NCBI GenBank assembly: GCA_937770485.1
Contig: CALJHX010000005.1
Coordinates: 604 to 64,603 of the forward strand
Reading direction: 5' to 3'
From: an uncultured Verrucomicrobiae bacterium
GTDB lineage: Bacteria > Verrucomicrobiota > Verrucomicrobiia > Limisphaerales > UBA1096
DNA: 64,000 nucleotides
In this document: positions 28,721 to 37,959 of the stretch, piece by piece
Layout: each line of letters starts with the position of its first letter
Position numbering within the stretch: position 1 is the first letter of the stretch
Program-made: the position numbers and the translations under genes
The notes under the pieces: generated by a model
Seen by the model: the letters and a program-made list of their open reading frames with translations, nothing else
The model's database searches: none
What the model was told of the DNA's origin: nothing

Positions 28721-29407
28721 ATGGATCACTGGTTTTTACAAGGAGACTACACTCCAATTCCCACGGATGTTCCCATGATGCTCATGGGTTTGCTGCTGGC
28801 TTTTGTCTGCGGGCACGCCATTGCCTGGGTTTATATGTTCACGCATACAGGGCTATCCTATTCCAGGTCTTTCGTCAACTCGCTGGTGGTGATCCCGACC
28901 ATCGTCTCGATGGTGATGCTCGTCCTGTCCAACAACCTGGTGACGGCTTTTGGATTAATGGCAATCTTTGCCATCGTTCGATTCCGCAATGTACTCAGGG
29001 ATACGCTGGACACCTCGTTTATCTTGTCGGTCATCGTCATCGGCATGGCCTGCGGCACGTTAAAATTTGCGACGGCCATAGCCGGATGCATGATGATCTG
29101 CCTGATTATGTTTTACATTCGGATGACCTCGTTCGGTACCCGTCATCGATACGACACCATTCTCAACCTTCATTGGGAGCGACCCGCCCCGGAAATTAGA
29201 GCACTGGACGATATATTTGGGCGCCATACCCGCCGTTCCCGTTGTGTGAGCGAGCGAACGGTTGACGGTTCCTCAGGAGTGGGTTTTTCCTATCGGCTGC
29301 TTTTGCGCGATCCTTCACGCCTGGAGGATCTGCTGATCGAGTTGCGAGAGATGGACGGCGTGGCCCGAGTCACCGGACTGAAGGCGGAGGCGGAATCAGA
29401 GGTCTAG
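28721..29407 (+). CDS. DUF4956-family membrane protein
   Basis: FGLMAIFAIVRFRNVLRDTLDTSFIL core. It is the usual genomic partner of bacterial VTC-domain genes. Confidence 0.7.
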   Translation: MDHWFLQGDYTPIPTDVPMMLMGLLLAFVCGHAIAWVYMFTHTGLSYSRSFVNSLVVIPTIVSMVMLVLSNNLVTAFGLMAIFAIVRFRNVLRDTLDTSFILSVIVIGMACGTLKFATAIAGCMMICLIMFYIRMTSFGTRHRYDTILNLHWERPAPEIRALDDIFGRHTRRSRCVSERTVDGSSGVGFSYRLLLRDPSRLEDLLIELREMDGVARVTGLKAEAESEV

Positions 29408-29410
29408 CAC

Positions 29411-30544
29411 ATGAGCGATAAACAGCCCATCCCCATTCCAGCCGAACAAAGATGGCAGGACTTCCGGCAGGTCACCCTGCCGATCATCGTGTTTCTGCTC
29501 TGCATCGCCGGGGTGATGATTCTTTGGTTCAGTCGCGTCAGTCCGTCTTCCGTGGTGGGCGAGGCTCGTTCAGAGAATATTGTTCTCTCCAGCCCCCGCG
29601 CCGGGTTGTTGACAAAGGTTTCCGTTGGCCGTTTCGATAACGTAAAAAAAGGCGACCCGATCGCCTCCATTGACTACTCGATGGATCCGAACTTTGCCGA
29701 CGCGACCGTGGAGTGGGTCCGGGCACAGGTCGATTTGCTCACCCTGACCATCGACCCCATGCAGCGGGCGCGAACCGCCTTGAGCTACAACCAGCTTCGA
29801 TTGGACTGGTTGAACGAGCGGACATCCGTCGCCGCCTTGAAGATCGAACTCCAAAATTCCGAGAAAGAGTTTCATCGAATTGAGACCCTGTTCGAGGACA
29901 CGCTCGTTTCAGAGTCAGTTTACAACAAGGCCGAGACGGATCGCGACAGCTACGCCGTGCAGGTCCAGCAAAAAACCGAGTTGGTCGCCTCGATAGAGCA
30001 AGCCCTGCGCGAGGCGCAGGAAAACGATCCGACAAGCCAGTTGGACCAAGAACAAATTAAGCGGCTCGACCAAGGCTTGAGCCGCGTGGAGAAGTTGCTG
30101 GATGACATTATTTTATTGTCCCCAATCGACGGCGAAATCGGGAGCATCAGCAAACAAACCGGCGAGAGCGTCCAGTCGGGTGAGACCATCGCCACCATCA
30201 GTTCCTCGCAGGTCGAGAAGATCGTCGGATATGTCCCGCAACCCATTTATCTGGAGCCCAAGGTGGGACTGGAGGTTGAAATAAGGACGCGGCGTCCCAC
30301 CACATCCGGACTCTTTTCCTGGTTGGGAGCCGACAGGCAAGTCGCCCGGGCCAAGGTGTCCAAGGTCAGCAACCGGCTTGAGGCGGTCGGAAGCGGTGTG
30401 CTGAGGAACCGGGCCGCCTACAAAAAAGTCTTGCCATTCACGATTGACTTGGTTGACTTGGTTGATGCTGAGGGCGAACCAATCAAGCTGGACATCCACC
30501 CGGGCGAGTTGGTCGATATCCACTTCATCGGAGCTGACGAGTAG
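29411..30544 (+). CDS. HlyD-family membrane-fusion-like protein
   Basis: Single N-terminal TM helix, lipoyl-like hairpins (GLLTKVSVGRFDNVKKGDPIASI; LLSPIDGEIGSI..VQSGETIATI) and a central coiled coil. Confidence 0.7.
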   Translation: MSDKQPIPIPAEQRWQDFRQVTLPIIVFLLCIAGVMILWFSRVSPSSVVGEARSENIVLSSPRAGLLTKVSVGRFDNVKKGDPIASIDYSMDPNFADATVEWVRAQVDLLTLTIDPMQRARTALSYNQLRLDWLNERTSVAALKIELQNSEKEFHRIETLFEDTLVSESVYNKAETDRDSYAVQVQQKTELVASIEQALREAQENDPTSQLDQEQIKRLDQGLSRVEKLLDDIILLSPIDGEIGSISKQTGESVQSGETIATISSSQVEKIVGYVPQPIYLEPKVGLEVEIRTRRPTTSGLFSWLGADRQVARAKVSKVSNRLEAVGSGVLRNRAAYKKVLPFTIDLVDLVDAEGEPIKLDIHPGELVDIHFIGADE

Positions 30545-30580
30545 CTCGGCCCCTTGGCCAATCGTTACCCATCCACGATC

Positions 30581-32398
30581 TTAAATCGTGTTTTCCACAC
30601 CGCTCTTGGCGATCGCTTCCGACATCAGGCCAAGCGTCTTGCTGCGCGACACTGAGCCAACCAAGCGCATCTCCCGGTTCGAGTTCACCACCGGGATCAT
30701 CTCCATCTCAGAGCCCATGATCTCAGGCAGGGCATCCATCAACTGCCGGTTGGGTGTGAGCACCGTGTCCACCGGCCGCATCAGATCCAGCGCGATCACC
30801 GCCCGCATCTCGTCCCCCGCATTGAGGTGGGCTTTCACATCTTGAAGCGAAATCACCCCCACCAATCGATTATCTGAGCTCAATACCGGCAGATAGTTTC
30901 GAGGGCTGGCAAGGAAGATTTCCGAGATTTCCGGCAAAGCTGCCGTCTCCTTGATCGGCGAAGTCGGCCCCACCATCACGTCCCCGATGCAACGGTCGGT
31001 GGCAGATCCCATCCGTCGGTTTTCCTGGTCCACCACCAATCCTCGCCGATGAAGCGGCGCCGAGTAAACCGATGCCTTAAAAAACTTCTTCGAAACCAAA
31101 GTCGCCACCACGCAGCCAATCATCAGCGGCGGCATCAACTCATATTTCAGCGAGATTTCAAAAATCAGGATCATCGCCAACAACGGCGAGCGGGTGGTTG
31201 CCGCCAAGACACTGCCCATGCCTACCAATGCAAAGGCAACCATCGGTGTCTCTTCCGCGAAGCCGAGCAGGCCAAGCGCTTGGCCAAAGGCCGCCCCAAG
31301 ACCTGCTCCAAGAAATAGAGTCGGGGTAAACACCCCCCCGACCGTTCCAGCGCCAACCGTGACAACCGTGGCAACGAACTTGGCCACCAGCAATCCGGCC
31401 AGCACAAACAGCGGAATCTTCCAGGCATCGAGACTTTCGAGAACAGAACCCTGTACGAGCACCAAAAAACCGGTTTCCGGTGATTCAGCCTTCAAAATCT
31501 GGTTCGTGATTTCATAGCCGTTACCCCAGACACCCGGAAAAACCAAGGCGATTAAGCCAACCGCCAAACCGGCCAAGCCAAGTTTCACTGAGCTTGGCCA
31601 AGCGCTCTTCTCGGTCGCGGACTCAACTTTCTGAATCGACTTTAGAAAAAAAGCACCCCCAACGCCGGATAGTGTTCCCAAGATTAAAAACCAACCCATT
31701 TGCGAAAACCGGGCGGCTTGGCCAAAATCAATCGATTCCGGCAACACATACCAAGGCTCAATGCCAAACCAAAATCGTGAAACCATCGTGGCCACGACCG
31801 AAGCCATGACCAACGGGGCAAATAGGTTCATCGAAAAATTCCCAACCAAAACCAAGGCGGCAAAAAGTGCTCCAGCAATCGGGGCGTTGTAGGCTGCAGC
31901 CAGACCGGCCGCCGCCCCACATGCTACCATCAGTCGAAGCCGATAGGGCTGCCATTGGTGAAATTGCCCCCACTTAGAGGCAAAAGTAGCCGTTAACTGA
32001 GTAATCGCTCCCTCCCGGCCAATCGAAGCCCCCGTCCCGATACTTAAAAGGGACGACCAAGCATGGATCAACGTTGCCCGCATGCCAAGCCGACCATCTC
32101 CAACGGCGACTGCCTCCAACACATTCGTAACCTTCTTGCTCCCAGAAAGATGTGTTCTAAGCAAAAGAACCAATCCAGCCAACAAACCACCTAATGTCGG
32201 AATAATAATCCTCTCAAAAGCGCTCAACCCCTGAGCTAAATCCCCTGGAGAGTCAGATTGCCAAAAAACGATCCACTGAATTGACTTCACCAAAAACAAG
32301 AATACCAGATTCACCAATCCACCAATAACACCAATAAAAGCAGCCAAAACAAGGTGAAACGCCTCCTCATTAGCCATGATGCGATTGATTAGTTTCAT
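30581..32398 (-). CDS. ClC-family chloride channel / H+:Cl- antiporter with C-terminal CBS pair
   Basis: GREGAITQL and GVFTPTLFLGAGLG selectivity motifs; CBS domains at the C-terminus. The start is ATG 32398 or 32377. Confidence 0.85.
   Translation of the reverse strand: MKLINRIMANEEAFHLVLAAFIGVIGGLVNLVFLFLVKSIQWIVFWQSDSPGDLAQGLSAFERIIIPTLGGLLAGLVLLLRTHLSGSKKVTNVLEAVAVGDGRLGMRATLIHAWSSLLSIGTGASIGREGAITQLTATFASKWGQFHQWQPYRLRLMVACGAAAGLAAAYNAPIAGALFAALVLVGNFSMNLFAPLVMASVVATMVSRFWFGIEPWYVLPESIDFGQAARFSQMGWFLILGTLSGVGGAFFLKSIQKVESATEKSAWPSSVKLGLAGLAVGLIALVFPGVWGNGYEITNQILKAESPETGFLVLVQGSVLESLDAWKIPLFVLAGLLVAKFVATVVTVGAGTVGGVFTPTLFLGAGLGAAFGQALGLLGFAEETPMVAFALVGMGSVLAATTRSPLLAMILIFEISLKYELMPPLMIGCVVATLVSKKFFKASVYSAPLHRRGLVVDQENRRMGSATDRCIGDVMVGPTSPIKETAALPEISEIFLASPRNYLPVLSSDNRLVGVISLQDVKAHLNAGDEMRAVIALDLMRPVDTVLTPNRQLMDALPEIMGSEMEMIPVVNSNREMRLVGSVSRSKTLGLMSEAIAKSGVENTI
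31592..31603. repeat. Iterated palindrome GCTTGGCCAAGC
   Basis: Exact 12-mer in the ClC CDS, read as AWPS. Confidence 0.95.
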
Positions 32399-32826
32399 CT
32401 CAAAAAAGCAGTAAATAGCAACCAAGCCGCCCTTCTTTTCAAGAAAATAACAGATTATGAGGAGTGAGTCAATTTGACTCAGTGAAGCTAAGTCGAAAGA
32501 TAATTTTGGCCGGTCATATGCTCTCGTTAAGACGCAATTCACGAAAGTGAATGTCTCAAAAAAGCAGGAATTATTTAGCTTTGCTAAGTTGTGGCTAACT
32601 GAGCGGGTGAAGTCGTTCGCCTCATTATTTTTTATACATTCAATGTTCTTGATTCAAATCAAGCCACTTGAACACATGAGACTCTTGGGCACTTCTGAAA
32701 ACTTATGAAACGCGCGAACAAGAATGCTCTTTTGATAGGTTATTTGATTTTTTTACATGCATTAAATTGGGACTTCCAGAAGTACCCTTAGTTGGTTGAC
32801 GTTAAGCTCTTATTAAGTTGCGGCCC

Positions 32827-32895
32827 AGGTTACTTAAATTGGGCCCTTTCCAGGCGCCTAGACTAACTCTTCAAATGGCCCAGTTTAAGTAACCT
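32827..32895 (+). other. Long hairpin: 19-bp stem (one G-U) with a 31-nt loop, in ORF-free AT-rich DNA
   Basis: AGGTTACTTAAATTGGGCC (32827-32845) pairs with GGCCCAGTTTAAGTAACCT (32877-32895). Confidence 0.7.
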
Positions 32896-32924
32896 CGACT
32901 AATTCTTCAGATCAATTTTTGTCG

Positions 32925-32947
32925 GCGCGGAATACCGCGCTTTTTTT
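32925..32947 (+). terminator. Intrinsic terminator with no upstream plus-strand CDS
   Basis: GCGCGG-AATA-CCGCGC stem-loop followed by T7. Confidence 0.7.
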
Positions 32948-33036
32948 GTGTCTTGCCGGGCTTGGCCAAGGGACGGCCTTTGTTTAGGTTGTGGTTTTCC
33001 TTTTTTGGCGAGTAGCTTGCCCAAGCGGATGATTAC

Positions 33037-34269
33037 ATGAAAATCAATAGTGTTGAGGCTTTTCTGGTTTCCTACCCATTGCCGGAGCCGTTGGTGCTGT
33101 CGTTTTATGGCGGTGTGAGAACCGTGTTGAAGCGGGATGCGATGTTCATTTGTGTCACGGCGGACAACCGGCTTCAGGGGTTTGCCCCGGGACCGGCGCA
33201 TGAGCGGGCTGAGCGCGAGATTCGTGAGATTATCTCTCCTTTCTTAGAGGGGCGCGATCCCAGCGCTTGGACAAGCTTTGATTTCAAAGGCGACTTGGAA
33301 CTGACCAAGACGTATCGGGCCGTGGAGATTGCCATCATGGATTTGATAGCCCGGTTTGAGGGGTGTCCGTTGAGTGACATCGCGGGCGGGGCCAAGCGGG
33401 ACCGGATCAAGCTTTATGGCAGCGCGGGGATGTACATGGAGCCGGAGCGATTCGCAGAGGAGGCTGTGGCGATAGCCGGGATGGGGTTTTCGGCCTACAA
33501 AATGAGGCCGGCGCGAGGGCCGGATGCGGATTTGGAGACGATGCGGCAAATGCGCGCTGCGGCCGGGCCGGATGTTGGGCTGATGATCGACGCGCATTCG
33601 TGGTGGCGGATGGGGGATAAAACTTATTCGCTTGAGACGATTTTGGACTTGGCCAACGCAATGGCTGAATTTGCGCCGACTTGGCTGGAGGAGCCTCTGC
33701 CGCCGGAGGATCACGAGGCGTACGCGCGGTTGAAGGATGCTGCGAAGTTTCCCATTGCCACCGGAGAACATGAGCCGGATGAAGCGGGCTTCATGGATTT
33801 GTTTGACAAGGGTTGCGCAGATTTCATCCAGATGGATGTATGTTGCCAAGGTGGCTTTGCGATGGGCCGCCGAATCTTTGAGAAGGTGAAGCAACATGGC
33901 CTTCGATTTGCGTTTCACAGTTGGGGCACAAATCTGGAAGTGCTTGCGGCGGCGCATCTCGGCGTTTGCTGGGAGGAGGATGTTGTGGAGTGGCTGGAGT
34001 TTCCGTGCTACTCGAATGACGGCCGACCCGGGATGTATCCGTTCCCGGTGGCTGATGAAATTCTAAGGGAACCGCTTGCGATGGAAGACGGTTATCTGGT
34101 CTTGCCGGACGGGCCGGGGCTGGGTATCGAAGTGGACGAGAGTATCGTCGAGAAATACCCCTTCATCCCCGGGCCATGGTCTTATTTCAGAATCGACTCG
34201 CCACCGGAGACGGTAGCCGTGACAGGTGACCACAGCGTCAAGTGGATCGAGGGTGATCAACCAAATTAA
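33037..34269 (+). CDS. Enolase-superfamily enzyme (mandelate racemase/muconate lactonizing family, probably a sugar-acid dehydratase)
   Basis: N-terminal capping domain; LMIDAHSWW, WLEEPLPPED, PIATGEHE metal-ligand pattern. Confidence 0.8.
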   Translation: MKINSVEAFLVSYPLPEPLVLSFYGGVRTVLKRDAMFICVTADNRLQGFAPGPAHERAEREIREIISPFLEGRDPSAWTSFDFKGDLELTKTYRAVEIAIMDLIARFEGCPLSDIAGGAKRDRIKLYGSAGMYMEPERFAEEAVAIAGMGFSAYKMRPARGPDADLETMRQMRAAAGPDVGLMIDAHSWWRMGDKTYSLETILDLANAMAEFAPTWLEEPLPPEDHEAYARLKDAAKFPIATGEHEPDEAGFMDLFDKGCADFIQMDVCCQGGFAMGRRIFEKVKQHGLRFAFHSWGTNLEVLAAAHLGVCWEEDVVEWLEFPCYSNDGRPGMYPFPVADEILREPLAMEDGYLVLPDGPGLGIEVDESIVEKYPFIPGPWSYFRIDSPPETVAVTGDHSVKWIEGDQPN

Positions 34270-34275
34270 ATTCAA

Positions 34276-35784
34276 ATGGATCCGCTGATTATTTTGTTAA
34301 TTGGGATGGCCGTGGTGATCGGCGGTGTTTTGTGGTTGCGGTTGCATGCTTTTATGGCGCTGATCGGTGGGGCGTTGGTGGTTGGTTTGCTGGCAACGCC
34401 GGATGCCATCAAGGAGTCGGTGATGAATGATACCCGGATTGAAAAAGATATCCGTAAACAGGCGACCAACCGGCTTGGCCAAGACGATCCAAACTTAACC
34501 AACTTGGTTCAGGAGTTGCACAAAACCAAGGCCAAGCACACGGCGGCGCAGTCTTTGATTTCCCGGGTTACGGGTGCGTTTGGGAAGGCATGCGGCAGCT
34601 TGGGGATTCTCATCGCGATGGCTGCGATTATTGGCAAATGCCTTTTGGAGAGCGGCGGTGCGGAGCGGATCATTCGGTCGGCGCTGGGGCTGCTTGGCGA
34701 GAAACGTGCGCCGCTGGCTTTCACCGGAAGTGGCTTCCTGCTCGGCACACCGGTTTTCTTCGACACCGTTTTTTATTTGATGATCCCGCTTGGCAAAGCG
34801 CTGGCGATGCGGTTCCGCGAAAACTACGGGCTATACATCATGACAATCGTGGCCGGTGCGACTATGGCGCATTCGCTGGTACCGCCGACGCCGGGGCCCT
34901 TGTTCGTGGCCGTTCAACTCGATGTCGATCTAGGGCTGATGATCCTGATGGGGTTGGTGGTTGGTTCGGTGGCGTGCGCGACTGGTTATGTTTATGCCAA
35001 GTTCGTCAACGGGCACGACAAGTGGCAGGTGCCGTTGCGCGACTCGGCTGATTTGCCCTTGGCCAAGCTGGAGGAGATAGCACAGCGCGACAGCAAATCG
35101 CTGCCACCGCTTGGCCTAGCGTTGCTGCCGGTGCTACTGCCGATCGTGCTAATCGCCGGCAACACCATTCTTCAAAAGCTCATCGCCGCCCCGCCGGTCG
35201 GTTTGGCCAATTTCCTGGGCTTGGTAGGCGACAAAAACATTGCGCTGATTATTGCGGCGGCGGTGGGGCTTGGCTTATTGGCGATGCAAAAACGAGGTGA
35301 CAAGCAGGCGCTCTTCGACTCCGTGCAATCGGCCTTGGCCAGCGGCGGGGTGGTGATTCTGATCACGGCGGCCGGCGCGTCGTTCGGGACGATGCTGCAG
35401 CAGACGAACATCGCAGCGCGCATCGGCGGCTTGGCGGCGGATTTTGAAATCACCGGACTGCTTGTTTTACCGCTGGCGTTTTTTGTGACGGCGGTGGTGC
35501 GCACGGCGCAGGGCTCGGCGACGGTTTCGATGATCACCTCGGTGGGCATTTTCGCCGGGATGGCGGCGACACTGCCGTTCCATCCGGTCTATTTGGCGAT
35601 GGCGATTGGCTGCGGCTCAAAGCCGTTTCCGTGGATGAACGACAGCGGCTTCTGGGTGATTAACCGGATGAGCGGAATGACGATCCGCGAGTCGATTCGA
35701 AGCGTCTCGTTTCTGATGACTGTAATGGCGGTCGACGGCTTGGTTGCCGTGATGCTGCTCGCCTGGCTGTTCCCGATGAGTTAG
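34276..35784 (+). CDS. GntP-family gluconate/sugar-acid:H+ symporter
   Basis: GTPVFFDTVFYLMIPL, MAHSLVPPTPGPL and SGFWV motifs. It starts 6 nt after the dehydratase-like gene. Confidence 0.85.
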   Translation: MDPLIILLIGMAVVIGGVLWLRLHAFMALIGGALVVGLLATPDAIKESVMNDTRIEKDIRKQATNRLGQDDPNLTNLVQELHKTKAKHTAAQSLISRVTGAFGKACGSLGILIAMAAIIGKCLLESGGAERIIRSALGLLGEKRAPLAFTGSGFLLGTPVFFDTVFYLMIPLGKALAMRFRENYGLYIMTIVAGATMAHSLVPPTPGPLFVAVQLDVDLGLMILMGLVVGSVACATGYVYAKFVNGHDKWQVPLRDSADLPLAKLEEIAQRDSKSLPPLGLALLPVLLPIVLIAGNTILQKLIAAPPVGLANFLGLVGDKNIALIIAAAVGLGLLAMQKRGDKQALFDSVQSALASGGVVILITAAGASFGTMLQQTNIAARIGGLAADFEITGLLVLPLAFFVTAVVRTAQGSATVSMITSVGIFAGMAATLPFHPVYLAMAIGCGSKPFPWMNDSGFWVINRMSGMTIRESIRSVSFLMTVMAVDGLVAVMLLAWLFPMS

Positions 35785-35802
35785 CGCCGCCTGGCGCGTG
35801 GC

Positions 35803-36372
35803 CTAAACCTCGAGGTCGAGGAAGTTTTGCATCATCGTGTGGCCGTGTTCGGTGAGGATGCTTTCGGGGTGGAACTGCACACCCCAGATGGGGAGTTCCT
35901 TGTGCCGCAACCCCATGATTTCGCCTTCCTCCGTTTCCGCAGTGACCTCCAGGCAATCCGGCAACGTCTCGCGTTTCACGATGAGCGAGTGGTAACGCGT
36001 AGTGACGTAGGGGGAGGGGATACCTTTGAACAAGTCCTTGCCGTTGTGGGTGATGGACGATGTTTTGCCGTGCATCATCCGGTAGTTCACGACGACCTCA
36101 CCGCCGAAGGCATGGCCGATGCATTGGTGCCCGAGACAAACGCCCATGATCGGCAGCTTGCCGGCGAAGTGCTTGATGACGTCGTTGGACAGGCCGGCTT
36201 CACGAGGGGTGCGCGGGCCGGGGGAGACGAGGACGCGCTCGGGTCTGTCGGCCTCGATTTGCTCGATGGTGACCTCGTCGTTCCGGTGCACGAGTACGTT
36301 GGCCTTCAACTCGCCAAGATACTGGACGAGGTTGAAGGTGAACGAATCATAGTTGTCGAGGACGAGAACCAT
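35803..36372 (-). CDS. trpG: Glutamine amidotransferase component of anthranilate / aminodeoxychorismate synthase
   Basis: [29 protein letters not shown] triad motifs. Confidence 0.88.
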   Translation of the reverse strand: MVLVLDNYDSFTFNLVQYLGELKANVLVHRNDEVTIEQIEADRPERVLVSPGPRTPREAGLSNDVIKHFAGKLPIMGVCLGHQCIGHAFGGEVVVNYRMMHGKTSSITHNGKDLFKGIPSPYVTTRYHSLIVKRETLPDCLEVTAETEEGEIMGLRHKELPIWGVQFHPESILTEHGHTMMQNFLDLEV

Positions 36373-36399
36373 TGGCGGGCAAAGTACAATTCAAATCCT

Positions 36400-36411
36400 G
36401 CTTGGCCAAGC
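36400..36411. repeat. Iterated palindrome GCTTGGCCAAGC
   Basis: Exact 12-mer in the 51-nt gap between trpG and the aminotransferase gene. Confidence 0.95.
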
Positions 36412-36423
36412 GCGGAGGGGAAA

Positions 36424-37674
36424 TCAAAATTCGAATTTTACGTCACCCAAGCGGGAGGCGATTTCGTTGATTACGCGATCCTCATCGGCTTCATCTTTCG
36501 CGTCGAACGTTACACTGAAGCGGATCGCCGACTCGGCGTCGTCCCACGGCACAGTGGAGATAAGTTTTTCGCGGATGAGCCACTGCGAAAGGGCTTCCCC
36601 GTTTTCGAAGTCTACACGCTTGCCGTCGGCCTTGACCGCCGCCTTGGCAGCGCTCATGTAGAGGAAGAATGAGCCGCCGGATTTGCTAATCTGGAAGCCC
36701 GCATTTTGCAGCACACCGACGAGTTTGTCCATGCGGCGCGAGTACTTGGCGGCGATGGCTTCGGTGATCTTGGGGTGATCGTAGCAGTAGGCGGCGGCGT
36801 TTTGGATGGCGAGGAACTGGCCGGAGTCGCTGTTGTCCTTCACATCGCCGTAAGCCTTGATAAGCAACGGGTTGCCGACCACGAAGCCGCAGCGCCAGCC
36901 GGTCATGTTGAAATTCTTGCTGGTCGAGTGCAACTCGATGCCGACGTCTTTCGCGCCCGGAGTGGCGAGGAAGCTCAGTGGTTTGTTGCCGTCGTAAACC
37001 AAGCCGATGTAGGCGGCGTCGTGGATGACGATGAGGTTGTTGGCCTTGGCGAAGTCGACGACCTTGGCGAAGAACTCCGGAGTGGCGCTGGCGCCGGTCG
37101 GGTTATTCGGATAGTTCAGCACGAGCACCTTGGCCTTGGCCAACATGTCGGCTGGGATGCTGTCGAGGTCCGGCAGATAATTGTTCTCCGCCGTCAATGC
37201 GAGGTTGTGCACTTGGCCTCCGTAGTACTTGGCGTGCGTGCCGAGCACAGGATACCCCGGGATGGTCATGAAGACAGTGTCGCCGGGGTTGATGAAGGCG
37301 GCCGGCAAAATGGAGAGCGCCGCCTTGCTGCCGATGGAGTGGAGCACTTCCGTCTCGGGGTCTATGCCGCTGACGCCGCAGACATTGTCGAGGAACCGGG
37401 CGGCGGCTTCCTTGAGTGCTTGGCCGCCGTTATCGGCGTAACCGCGGTTGGCCGGTTTTTGTGACTCTTCGTGGAGTTTGGCGACGACCTCCGGAAAAGC
37501 CATTTCGTCCGGCTCGCCGACGCCCATGTCGATGATCTCAGCGCCGGGGTTGGCCTCAAGCACGGCATTTTTGGCGCGCTTGATCTTTTCAAACTTGTAG
37601 ATGGCCGTGTCTTTTCCGTAGTCGACGCCGCCGATTCGTTCCGCGAACAGGTTCTGAATGTAGCTTTCTGACAT
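36424..37674 (-). CDS. Class I/II PLP-dependent aminotransferase (possibly LL-diaminopimelate aminotransferase-like)
   Basis: MGVGEPD, NYPNNPTG, STSKNFNMTGWRCG (PLP lysine) motifs. Substrate specificity cannot be determined from sequence alone. Confidence 0.75.
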   Translation of the reverse strand: MSESYIQNLFAERIGGVDYGKDTAIYKFEKIKRAKNAVLEANPGAEIIDMGVGEPDEMAFPEVVAKLHEESQKPANRGYADNGGQALKEAAARFLDNVCGVSGIDPETEVLHSIGSKAALSILPAAFINPGDTVFMTIPGYPVLGTHAKYYGGQVHNLALTAENNYLPDLDSIPADMLAKAKVLVLNYPNNPTGASATPEFFAKVVDFAKANNLIVIHDAAYIGLVYDGNKPLSFLATPGAKDVGIELHSTSKNFNMTGWRCGFVVGNPLLIKAYGDVKDNSDSGQFLAIQNAAAYCYDHPKITEAIAAKYSRRMDKLVGVLQNAGFQISKSGGSFFLYMSAAKAAVKADGKRVDFENGEALSQWLIREKLISTVPWDDAESAIRFSVTFDAKDEADEDRVINEIASRLGDVKFEF

Positions 37675-37959
37675 TATTTATTTTGGGAAACAGCGCTTGG
37701 CAAGTGGGGCCAAGCCGCGGAAAGCTAATTCGCGAAAAAAGATTGTGCAAGCCAGCGTGATTCCAGCTCAGCCAATTGCGTACTTAAATGACACGAAAAA
37801 AGTTGCTTAAGAACTGGCTCCTGCAGTAAAAAAACAAGGAAGTGAGACATTTTGACCTAGTTTCATGGATTTAATTTGCTTTGTGAATAAGCGGAGGTAG
37901 AATAGCGCCAGTTTGTCCCTATTGGGGCTTGGATTTGAACGCTAAAGAAAAGCAGTCTT

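Noticed and set aside
37675-37959. 285-nt AT-rich leader upstream of corA, considered as a Mg2+ (M-box) riboswitch.
   Set aside because: Only a short GCTAAAG-like resemblance was seen, and I cannot trace the conserved M-box helices by eye. It needs a covariance-model scan before any claim.
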